Positions 12,503-22,759 of a stretch of 39,015 nt of DNA are shown here, piece after piece (within the stretch, counting starts at the first letter, position 1; each line of letters starts with the position of its first letter). Source of the DNA: Dicyema japonicum (taxonomy: Eukaryota; Animalia; Dicyemida). The notes beneath the pieces are model-generated. The model saw only the letters and a program-made list of their open reading frames with translations, searched no databases and was not told where the DNA came from. The position numbers were made by a program, and so were the translations under genes. The stretch lies in the NCBI GenBank assembly GCA_011109175.1, contig RDEW01000004.1, positions 1,344,447 through 1,383,461 on the forward strand. Direction: 5' to 3'.

Positions 12503-12716
12503 AAAGTGAGGCACAACAGGAATTACTGTTTTTATTAGTTCAAATTTATATTTATTTTTTGATTTAACATTTTTAATAAATACTTTTTATTATTTTAATA
12601 TTATTGTGAAATCAATAAATTCATAATTGATTTAATTTAATTAATGACAAAATAAATCCCTTTCAACAGATGTCAAAAACAAGGTCGGCATTTATTTCAA
12701 CAGATGTCAAAGAATT

Positions 12717-13215
12717 ATGGGTGTGACAATTGATATGCATTTCTGTCTGACACCACACGTAGAAAACATTCTATTGAAATGCGAGAAGAAACTGAACGTA
12801 TTGAAAGATTTATCGGGAATATGGAAGAATGGTACTCACTTAGTCTTGATGAACATATACAAACAGTATATCGAGCCATGTTTCACATATGCATGCGCCT
12901 TGTGGGAACCGTACACATCTTTGACAAATATGAGGAAAGTTGAAGAAATGCAAATAAGGGCTTACAGAGTAACGAAGCGTTGGATTTGTGAAGATCACCA
13001 AACCGGGCCTACGCCTCTGGAGGCCCTTATGAGGCGAAATTCCTGATCACAGGAAGGTCGCCCTGAAAATTCAGTCAGCCGTCCTGTACGTTCATACGCG
13101 GGCACGAGGGAAGAACACCGGGCAACGATGAGGTCGCTGTTAGAATTCATTGGGATCACGTGATAACTAGTCTGATTTTACCGTGGTCTTGGGTTGGTAA
13201 ATAAAATAAAAATAA
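12717..13215 (+). mobile_element. 5'-truncated LINE: RT thumb to 3' A-rich tail
   Basis: GVTIDMH..HVENILLKCEKKLNVLK..IYKQYIEPCFTYAC..W; ends GGGATCACGTGA..TAAATAAAATAAAAATAAA. Confidence 0.8.
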
Positions 13216-13229
13216 ATGGTTGACAAGGT

Positions 13230-13570
13230 CTACATTAGGGCTAGCAGGGATTTGGCACGCAATGGGAGTTACCCCTTATCTTCGCTAGGTCAATGATCTG
13301 GAATAGCCTCATGTCGTTTCTTTCTGCAATCCTGTTAGCCGCCCGATTAACCCGGTCATGAACGCCAAACATCTTTACGGAGATCTCTGGAATGTCGACT
13401 GATCCCCAATGCCGCAGTAATTCCTATTTTTCGAATCTTCTGTAGTACTCACTGGGAACCTGCGCGCATCAGAGAATTTAACAAATTCACATTAGAGAGT
13501 GTCCGTGCACGTTGAATCCCAAGCAAGACATCTTCTTTGGCTCCACGGCATAGTCGTTACGTTTTCCGAC
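13230..13570 (-). mobile_element. CRE-like restriction-like endonuclease (RLE) domain remnant
   Basis: VTTMPWSQRRCLAWDSTCTDTL..EDSKNRNY matches PW..G.CL.WD.TC.DT..AE..K..KY. Confidence 0.7.
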
Positions 13571-13689
13571 TTCTTTACAATCTCTCAAATCCGACAACTT
13601 TCAGAGAGCAAATAAATGTGGGTATTAATTATCTGTAACAATCTTTAATAAATAATATAACCAATTACATGTCTCGAACATAATCTAAA

Positions 13690-13890
13690 AGTTTTAGAGT
13701 TTGAATCTCCCTGCTGTCCATACAAAATGCGGGTTCTGGGATTGACGAATGACACCGTAAACCAGTGATTCATCTTTGCGGAACTGGAATGTTTTTTAGG
13801 ATTCACACAAAAAGAAGTTAAGAAATCTCGGTGTATTTGCCTCATACCTTGTTTATTAACATAACTGTTTTTTTTAAATAAAGTGTGTGC
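13690..13890 (+). mobile_element. tRNA-derived SINE, diverged copy
   Basis: GAGTTTGAATCTCCCTGCTGTCC (B-box-like), GCGGAACTGGA and TAACTGTT..TTAAATAAAGTGTGTG align with the 22315-22640 copy. Confidence 0.65.
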
Positions 13891-14093
13891 AGGTAATCGA
13901 AGGCTCAAGGGCGGAAATTATCATTTCAAGCAGAAACAATGGCCGAGGGTGTCTGTGTTTATGCAAAGAACCAGGAAATTCATTGGGAAAATGTGTGCAG
14001 GTAATCGAAGGCTCAAGGGCGGAAATTATCATTTCAAGCAGAAACAATGGCCGAGGGTGTCTGTGTTTATGCAAAGAACCAGGAAATTCATTG
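13884..14093. repeat. Tandem duplication, period 108
   Basis: Copies start at 13884 and 13992; this explains the repeated-peptide ORFs in the track. Confidence 0.95.
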
Positions 14094-14112
14094 AAAAAAA
14101 ATTATTTATGTG

Positions 14113-14215
14113 AGGAATCCCGATCAGTCCTGAGAGAGGACACCTTGTTCGAGTTCCTCTACAGGAATTAAGAAGATACTTCCTGAAATTAGTGGGATCA
14201 CTTAATTAGTTGGCT
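14113..14215 (+). mobile_element. 3' end of LINE (GGGATCACTTAATTAGTTGG family)
   Basis: Exact GGGATCACTTAATTAGTTGG shared with the copy near 37675. Confidence 0.5.
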
Positions 14216-14574
14216 TTGCTGTCTACTCGCAATTTTTGGATTTTTAAAATAATTATCATTTCTGACAGAAAAATTGATAACATTATGAAATTGGGTCACC
14301 TTAATTCGAAATAATTGACCTTAATTTGTTTGTGTGATCGAGTCCAAAAAATAATTTTCAATCTTTTGTAGTTAAATTATTCGCGGAAAAGGCGTGATCC
14401 CTTGTCTCTATGGGTAACAGGGACTTTGTGATTCATTTTATTAGCTATTGATTATTTAATTCAGAATTTGTTTCATTTCGAATTAAATCTGAAAACTTTT
14501 TAAACTATATAGTTTTCCATTTTTTAGGTTAGTGAAGTCAAAAAAACTTAACAACTAGCCAAACATATAATTTA

Positions 14575-14700
14575 TTTAAAATTAGCTGCAGTCAAAATGG
14601 AAAACCTCACGATTCATAAGGAAATGCGTTCAATTTTTATCTTTTTTCCTTATTGCGATAAGCAACCTGATACATTCCAGATTTATTGTGTTAATAAATC
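14575..14700 (-). mobile_element. CRE-like 3' end fragment
   Basis: Minus strand reads KIERISL*IVR--FSILTAANF, homologous to WLIERISLQIVRGNALSILRAAS. Confidence 0.55.
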
Positions 14701-15329
14701 CGACGTAGTTTAATTACTATGCTTTTAAAATCAAAAAATCAAAATTTCTCTCCATTTTTGTTTGTTCCGTGCCGGGCAATGTCCTGATGGTTCTGAGTTA
14801 GGATCTCGCTGTTTACATTCCGGCTGAAGGCTCTACACATCTATGATGCTTTGGGTATGAAGGTGACGGAAATTTTAATAACATTTTCCGGACCAATGCA
14901 TCCCAGGCCTCCTTAGAACATCTTACTTAGCTTATCGATAACTGGGCGGATATTGTAGTATCATTTGTTGACCACAAACATTCACATACTATTGATATTA
15001 ATCATTGTAGAAAACTTTAAGAAAAATCATACTGAAGGCCACCACGTGTTTTGGTTATTTAATGTCAAAAAAATCAATATAAGATATAATCGTGGAATTT
15101 TAATTTTTGAACTTAGAGTTAAGATTTACTATTTGTGACTAGAAGTATGTAATGTCTATGTTAACTGAACAGGTTGAATGATCAGTACGGTGGACATTTC
15201 ATAAGAGTTAATCCATAATTTCTTGCACTATTACACATTATTCCAGAACCTAGTGCTTTCATTTCCACGTGCCTTTGAATCTTTGATAACAAACCTGAAG
15301 AGGGATAGATGATAGAACCATTTCCATCA

Positions 15330-15375
15330 AATGGAATAGGGAATGCGCTCTCAATCACGAGAGCTACTTACATTT
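15330..15375 (+). mobile_element. CRE-like 3' end fragment
   Basis: GGGAATGCGCTCTCAATCACGAGAGC (GNALSITRA). Confidence 0.5.
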
Positions 15376-15728
15376 TATTAGAAACATAAAATCACGTTAC
15401 TATCGTTTTAAATGTGCAAGTTTGACAATAATTTTCTTTTTTAATTTTAGGTTGGGTGAGATTCTAACTCGGAGTCTTTTGACACATCATCATATACGTG
15501 CGAATTCTGATAAGTAATCCTCTCACTTGTGGAAAGAAGGGTGATAATAGTTTCCCAAATCATAAAATAGGTAGACATTCAGTGCAATAGAGGTACGTCA
15601 CCATCTCAACCTTCCGACCGATTAACTGTTCTTATATGCTTATTATTGAATTATTATTATTAAAAAGCACTTTCACAAAACCAAAGAACGTTATTTTAGC
15701 TAAGGTACAGTTTGTGCCACACGTTTCG

Positions 15729-15972
15729 AGATTTTTGTAGACGAGTCTTTAACATCATTAACATGATTTTTGAAAGATCCCTTTTGATCTATGCGTATTC
15801 CAAAGAATTTTTCAAGATCTTGATTTAGCCTATATTCAAAAAGTCACTCAAGATTTTTGTAGACGAGTCTTTAACATCATTAACATGATTTTTGAAAGAT
15901 CCCTTTTGATCTATGCGTATTCCAAAGAATTTTTCAAGATCTTGATTTAGCCTATATTCAAAAAGTCACTCA
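15729..15972. repeat. Tandem duplication, 122-bp unit
   Basis: Copies start at 15729 and 15851. Confidence 0.95.
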
Positions 15973-16197
15973 ATGATAACTACCATTTCACTTTTATTGC
16001 CATGGAGAGGAGAGAAAACAAACGCATTTCTCTACTGTATCGGACTAAGGCTTGTTTTGAAGAGATGCGAACCCCGTGAAGGACTCTAGTTGAGGCAGGA
16101 GTTGAAATGGCGGTGATCAGAAGGCCTTTGCAATCCAGCTTTTAATTGCTTATCTTTGGGTTTCATCAAGTTCATAGTCACCAGTAGCAATTAGTCT

Positions 16198-16240
16198 AGG
16201 GACCGGTCCACTGCGCACTGGTTAGGGACCACTGCTCTAC
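16198..16240 (+). repeat. hAT-Charlie/MER1-like 3' terminus
   Basis: GGACCGGTCC..GGTTAGGGACCACTG resembles the ..GGTTGGGGACCACTG end. Confidence 0.4.
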
Positions 16241-16689
16241 TATATTAATGTGATTTTTGCAAGATCCTTTTTGATCTATACATATTTAGTCTCGTTATCA
16301 GATAGCCTTTGCAAACACAGTGGAAATAGATATTTTAATAATTAATGAAACGAAAATAAAGAAATCGATGGTAGCTCGATTTACTACAATAAATATTGCA
16401 CGTTATTGAACAAAATGTATGCGAAGTAGCATGGATTCAATCAAAAACCCAAGAAATTGATTAAACACATATAATCTTCGGAGATAAGTCTGTGCGGATT
16501 TTGAAATCTTGAATAAAATTTTCGATAGTTCCGCCAACTTTGTTCATTTTTCCTTCTAACCATGGATTAATCGACATTCGAAGATTTCTCCCGTAAAGCA
16601 AAATTTCGCGTTTCTTAAATTTCTTGAGATTCGAATCTTTTTTAGTAGTACCAACCCTCTAAACCGTGAAGTATTGTGAAATTGAAAAC

Positions 16690-16800
16690 ATAAACAATGG
16701 TCCCTGGCTCAAGTTTCTTACGCATAACGAGCGCTAGTGTCTTTTTTCTTTGGTGTTTAACGTCGCATGCCATTACGGTTACGATTGTAAAAAACCACAC
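16690..16800 (-). mobile_element. Merlin/ISXO2-like transposase core fragment
   Basis: CGFF..KKTLALVMRKKLEPGTIVY resembles TL..II...I.PG+.I.SD. Confidence 0.45.
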
Positions 16801-16899
16801 TCAGGGCCGTTGTATTACTTTTTATTTTATTTTGTATTAATAATAAATACAATAAAGATCACTTACTATGTTACACAGAATCGGATCGCTCATCGCGAA

Positions 16900-17005
16900 A
16901 ATGAAAAATGATAAAAAAGAAAGGAACTGGCTAATTGAGCGCATTCCTTGCAAATCGTCAGGAGATTGCATTCTCAATTATGAGAGCAGTCAGTAATTTC
17001 TAACT
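16900..17005 (+). mobile_element. CRE-like 3' end fragment
   Basis: CTGGCTAATTGAGCGCATTCCTTGCAAATCGTCAGG..CTCAATTATGAGAGCAGTCAG aligns with the reverse complement of 714-782. Confidence 0.65.
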
Positions 17006-17618
17006 GTCTATTTTTGTATTTAATTGGCTTAATAAATTCAAGTATTATCAGTTTATTTAGTGTGACCTTAATGACATATGTAACCGCAATTGTATGTGCC
17101 ATTTAACAGTGCTTTTTCGGTAGTAGTCCCAGTTTTTACTTGACAGATTGTATTATACGAGGACAAGCTGTCACTACCGATATCATCAAACGTATTCGGT
17201 TGTTCCAGAAATTAAATAACAGATTCAGAGACCAGTTTCATGCCCAAATAACCCCAGTCACTAGGAGAATAGTGATTCGGGGTTGAGGACGTCACAACGG
17301 AAAATCCAGAAGACTAGATATATCCTTTATAACGAGGCCGTCTCTGTTCGTTTCGAGTTCAAGTTTCCGGGAAGATCGAGAACGACGAATATTCGTCACT
17401 ACAAAAGTTTTTGAGCATAAATATCCACGGTATGACTAAGAAAACGTTGTAGTCGTGTAATTTTCGTCCAAATTCCATCATTGTCGACTTGGACCATGGT
17501 AAGATCTGGTTCATGATCTTCTTAGAGTAACAGAAGTAGACAATCGTTAAATGTTTAAAATAATAGCGTATTTTTACCATATATTAAAAAAAGTAATAAA
17601 AATGTTTCCAAGGTAATA

Positions 17619-20600
17619 ATGGAATCAGAAAGATCGTCATCATTGAATGAGAAATACAGAAAAGGAATATATGAAAGAAATTTGAAATCCGGAATATCAG
17701 TATTTTCAAGAACGGCGTACACTCACCAACGCAACTTTTCAATTCCAACAAATACAATGATAAAGAACTGTAAGAGTGCGGGACATATAAGACTTCCTCT
17801 GTTGGATAATAGGTTGGTGAAATCAGGAATATCCTCAAAATATTACAAAAATGTATTAAAAGTATAAAATATGTGAAAATGATAGATTGAGAATTATTTA
17901 GAGAAGGAAATGATAGAACAACTAAAAATATCATTTGGTAAGAGCAAACATCCTGAGAATGGATTAAGTTTGAAGGAGTTTAGGGAAGCGCTGAATTTGG
18001 GAGACTCAAAGGAATATGTTGATTGTAAATAAAATGTAGAAAAGAGGAATAGAGAGACTATTTACAATCATAAACTGGAAGGATGATGAATTTATAACAT
18101 GGGATTTGTTTTGTTCGTACATATTGGTTGAATTTGAGAAGCAGGAATGCATTAATGAGGAAAGACGTGATATATCATTTATGTTACCTGCCAAAATAAA
18201 ATTACTATCGAGTCGTGATATAATAATAAAGATAACAAGTGGAATTGATGGGAGTTTCACTACTTACAGCAGAGTGAGTTGATGATTAATAGGCAGGATG
18301 GCGTGGTCACAACATGGACACAAAACTTGGATATAAAGAAGAGGAAAGTAATTGAGGTTATAATAAATAGAAGACAATAAAGAGAAGAGGAAAGTGGGTG
18401 ATGTGTTGTGGAGTATTGAGTGAGTTAAACAAAATAGTAATGGGGACAGGGTTGTCTTGTGTTGATTACGATAAGGGATAGAGAACTCGAGATAATAGAC
18501 TACCCGTCATATGAATCCTACTGTAAGATAACAGAACTAGAGTTTATTCCATTATGTTTGGAGACAAATAGTAATAGAAATGAATGTGTAATAATCTATG
18601 GAGATAAGAGTGGATGTATTACAGTAATACTAATAAATAATCCCGGTGAATGTTTGAGGTATCACATTATAATGAAAAGATTGTGGAAGAGTTATCCTGT
18701 AGTGGATGGATTCCCCACACAAACATTTAGTCAAATGCAACAAAATGTGACGTTATTTAGGTGGAAAGTGCATAATAATTGGATTGAGAGTATAAAATAT
18801 TACATGAACGATAACAAAATAATATCATGTTGCAATGATGACATTCCCCACACAGACATTTAGTCAAATGCAACAAAATGTGACGTTATTTAGGTGGAAA
18901 GTGCATAATAATTGGATTGAGAGTATAAAATATTACATGAACGATAACAAAATAATATCATGTTGCAATGATGACACTAAGAGTGTTTTCATAGGTCATC
19001 TCTGCAATTTACCATAGGATTCCCTATTCCTAAAACTAATCATCTCCGTAATATTTACAAACTGGGGAATAATTCTTACCATATAAGGGACGACTTGGTC
19101 ATAAATGTACACAGAGGAGTGAAAACATTCGCATTCTCCAAAGAACTTAATTTATTGATTACTGGAGGTTATTCCCTATTTAACATAAGGTTTTGACAGA
19201 AATCTGAGAAAACATTCGCATTCTCCAAAGAACTTAATTTATTGATTACTGGAGGTTATTCCCTATTTAACATAAGGTTTTGACAGAAATCTGAGGTGTT
19301 GGAATCCATATGTACCCCAGTAATGTTTATAATAAAATAGTCGTCCCACAGCCATTCTGCAAGGACATCGTAATCCGATAGTATTTATTCACATATGTGA
19401 TGACAAAATATACAGTATATCTACAGAAGTAAACGTGAAGGTTGTATGTAGTAATAGTAGATATGGGATATTAAGGATCTTCAGTGTATATTGTCAATAG
19501 GACAGAAAAGTCATAACATTAGTGGTGAGTTGGTAATGTGTCACTATTCTACGGATGGAATAATGTTGTGTACTGATAAGGTAGCCATTCTCCCCATTGT
19601 AAAAAAGATTAGGTAGATGTTGTTAATATGTAGAAATAATGTAAACATGGAGTATACAACAAGTCACGACAAACAAATCACATCAATATGTTATAGTGGA
19701 GAGGTCATTGCTTCTGGTTGTGAGGATTCTGTTGTGATTAACAATTTATGTAGACTATTAAAATATGGGATATTGAGGAGGGAGTTATTATATCAACAAT
19801 AAAGAATGCTCATGGACAAGATATTGTAAGCTGTCTCTGTTTTGACTCCACTGGACTGAGGTATGGGGGATGTCATGTGCTAGACTCATCAGTTCTGGGT
19901 GTGATGGCAATATTAAATTATGGAATTATTTGAATGCTCAATGTTTAGCAATATACTCCAGGACTATCCAACGGGAGTTCATTTCCTGTGATTTTTGTAC
20001 AGTTGGACAAAACACGTTATAATATTTTGTATTCAAGATTTATAATTGGGGTTGATTCGGACAAAATCATATCCATCTTTACAGACGCTAAAACCCCAAT
20101 ATTTGAATGGACTGATTCGCAAGATGGAGACATACATTCTATTAAATATTGGAATAATTTATTGGCCACGTGTTCATCTAATGGACAAATCATTATATGG
20201 AATATAATCTCCGGTCATATATTCTCTCGTTTATACCCACAAAACAGTGGACCAACCAGTCTATATCAATATTACAATTAGGCGATACACTCGTTCGAAG
20301 ATTATCCGTACTGCACACCAGGACGAACGATAAAAATAATTCAATGTTGATCGCCAGTGGTCCCTTTAATAAAATACATTTTTGGAATCCTTACATCTCC
20401 CACGAGTTCGCTTCATTCCCCCACGTAACATAGTAAACATATTTAGCCAAATAATTCTCTAATAACATCAATATGCACTAATAGTTCTGACAAAATATTG
20501 GTCTCCGCCGATGAAGACGGATTCATTCACATTTGGAATATTTTAGGATATGCAAATACAATATCCACTGACCCCCCACCACGTTGTGTATAATATTACT

Positions 20601-21072
20601 TTACAGATATTAACCAATGGAAGGCACATTCCCAATCAATTACTGATATTCTATACATTTATGCCTCTGATTTGATAGTCTCCTCTTCCACCAACAGAAC
20701 TATTAAATTATGGACTTTACAGGGAGTCTATATTGGTTTACTATAATAATCAATAAAAGGGACATTTGGACAAAAATGGAACATTCACAATCCTCACACA
20801 TTTAGACACCCCAATGTTGGAATTGACATTCTCACTGAACCATTAGACATTCAAACTGATAATAACTACATTTTCAATTCTGTTGAATTTTTTATTATTT
20901 TTAGTCAAAGACAACTAAACAAAATATCCAAATTAACACATCTCTAGCAATTAATCCCGTTATTAATGAACCTTATGGAAGACGTTTGAGGAGAGAAAGA
21001 CGTCCGATCTCTAGTAAACTGGAAGGAAATGAATTCCATAATTTAGACATTCACCAACTAAACAATTATTAG
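17619..21072 (+). CDS. EF-hand-like + WD40 repeat protein, WDR64/WDR49(CFAP337)/WDY-like; about 19 introns of 20-25 nt
   Basis: Splicing gives FITWDLFCSYILVEF, KWV..NKIVMGTG|DRELE, YGDKSGCI, GECLR|LWK, RWKVHNNW, ITGG|FDRNLRCWNPYV, LQGH, HDKQIT, WKAHSQSI, G|TFGQ, with TAG at 21070-21072. Start codon is uncertain. The frame is broken only by two tandem duplications (18710-18975, 19121-19294). Confidence 0.88.
18710..18975. repeat. Tandem duplication, 133-bp unit, inside a WD40-gene exon
   Basis: Copies start at 18710 and 18843; one substitution; length is not a multiple of 3. Confidence 0.95.
19121..19294. repeat. Tandem duplication, 87-bp unit, including a whole 22-nt intron
   Basis: Copies start at 19121 and 19208. 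Confidence 0.95.
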
Positions 21073-21559
21073 TAATTGTATTAACAATAATTCCACTTGT
21101 TTTACAAAGTTAATACCTGAACTCTTCTAAATCACAACCTTTAACTTTTTCCCCATACAACCTTTTCATTTTGTCATTCTCTTGGTTTATTGTCCCCTGA
21201 AAAAAATATTTCACATCCATTGACCCCAAAAAACATTCGACCAGAACTCCTTTGTGATCCTTTCCGAAATTCATTATCTCTTCTGCTTGAAAGTCTTTCA
21301 GTCTAAAGTTTTTTTTGGGAGATTGGTTTTCCTACTTTTCCGACTGATTTCTTTAGGAATGATTCTTTTTCCATCACTTTTCAATCTTAACTCAGTGAAA
21401 TGTAAAAACTCATGCAATATCTATCTTTCTAAATTGATAGCATCAAAAGAAAGCATTCAAATATCTTCAGATAATGTTCTAATCACTCGTGTTATAACAA
21501 TTAGTGGTTGTACCTACTAACTTGAGTTTATGTGTTATACATAAATAATTTTTACTTTT

Positions 21560-22250
21560 TCTAATCTGCACAATTCTTGCGTGATCGCCATTATTCCAGC
21601 TCTAAAAGTCTACGGTCGGGCGGATCAGGACATCTAAAAAGAGAACCAATAAATCCCGGACATCGAGTCACTTTCGACACAATTATCAACCAGTTTTTTA
21701 ACGGCATTTATAAATTCCAAATCCGTAACTGGGCCTTTCACCAGACTAGGAGTATGGCCGGTGATATAATACGTGTAGGTTTTTGAATTTTTAGTATTAA
21801 CAGGTCCTGTAGTTAATTCTATACTTTGGGAAGATGATGATTCCCAATGTCATGTTTTACACAATCATATCATAAAAGTTACACAGATTTTCAAGCATTA
21901 TGAAATCCTGTCTCCACTAAAAAATGTAAATTAATCAATTTCAATGGATGTTTAATATTTACTTCCCCCAATTTCATTCATTGTAAAAACCACCTTCCGT
22001 TTTGATTCTATTTACCTTATCAATATTCAGTATGTTAAGTTCATATCGATTAACATCATCCTCTATAAACCAGCGGAGCTTTTCCGAGTAAACTACTCTA
22101 ATAGCTACCAACCCAATAGAGGTCTGTGATTGCACGCTAGCAATATCACATACGTTTTGTCGATAATATAAAGATCTCGTATTCAAATCCGCTTCGTGAA
22201 TCTTTTGTAGTTCTTTAAAATCCCAGAATGAATTTTAATGATCCTATAAA
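21560..22250 (-). mobile_element. Highly decayed LINE (APE-like and RT N-terminal remnants)
   Basis: DIASVQSQT..NRIKTEGGF (APE-like) and an RPI.L.SLVK-like stretch; weak signal. Confidence 0.35.
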
Positions 22251-22314
22251 CGACGCAATTATTCGTATGAATCATTATAAGATAAATATAAGAAACTATA
22301 ATGGAGCAACATAA

Positions 22315-22640
22315 TAATAATAATAACAACCTTTTTCACGGAGCCGTGGTATTAGCTCCGCATAGGCAGGACACACACTTTATTTAAGTAAAGAACAGTT
22401 AATTTTAACTAATCGTAGAACCAAGGAATGATCTTCACTTCTTTTTTTTCTTTTTCTTGTGTGTGGTTCCTTTCTAGACAATCCAGTTCCGCAGTGAGAG
22501 TCCACTGATGACGGCGTCACTCGTTAAGCCTTTTTAGCATCGTAGATGCGTGGAACCTTCCACCAGGTGAACAGCAGCGAGATTTGAACCCGTAGCCTAA
22601 GCCACTTAAGCCCGACACCTAACCACTAAGCCACCCGGCT
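22315..22640 (-). mobile_element. tRNA-derived SINE, best-preserved copy
   Basis: Minus strand has A-box TGGCTTAGTGG, B-box GGGTTCAAATC, a unique body, AATAAA, hairpin CGGAGC..GCTCCG and a (TTA)n tail. Homologues at 13690 and 27600. Confidence 0.8.
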
Positions 22641-22759
22641 GGAGCAACATAAATAGAATCTAATATTTCAAAATACCAAAAATAAGTGATATTAAATTAA
22701 AATTAGAATTAATAAAAACATAATTAATTTCAGTGGTCAAATTTATAAAATTAGATTAA

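Noticed and set aside
13645-13908. Merlin-like ORF (..SFVNPRT..) on the minus strand
   Set aside because: The DNA aligns to the SINE on the plus strand, so the peptide resemblance is coincidental.
13874-14171. Repeat-containing small proteins in the ORF track (also 25017-25358, 18835-19017, 33904-34158)
   Set aside because: The repeated peptides are produced by the nucleotide tandem duplications.
14225-14245. Sm site (AATTTTTGG) of an snRNA or SL RNA
   Set aside because: Lies in a LINE 3' UTR, with no supporting stem-loops or splice donor.
22505-22540. Hammerhead ribozyme core CTGATGA
   Set aside because: No GAAA after a stem II, not conserved in the other SINE copies, and antisense to the SINE.
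22575-22640. tRNA gene
   Set aside because: A and B boxes are present, but there is no complete acceptor stem or cloverleaf; it is the SINE head.
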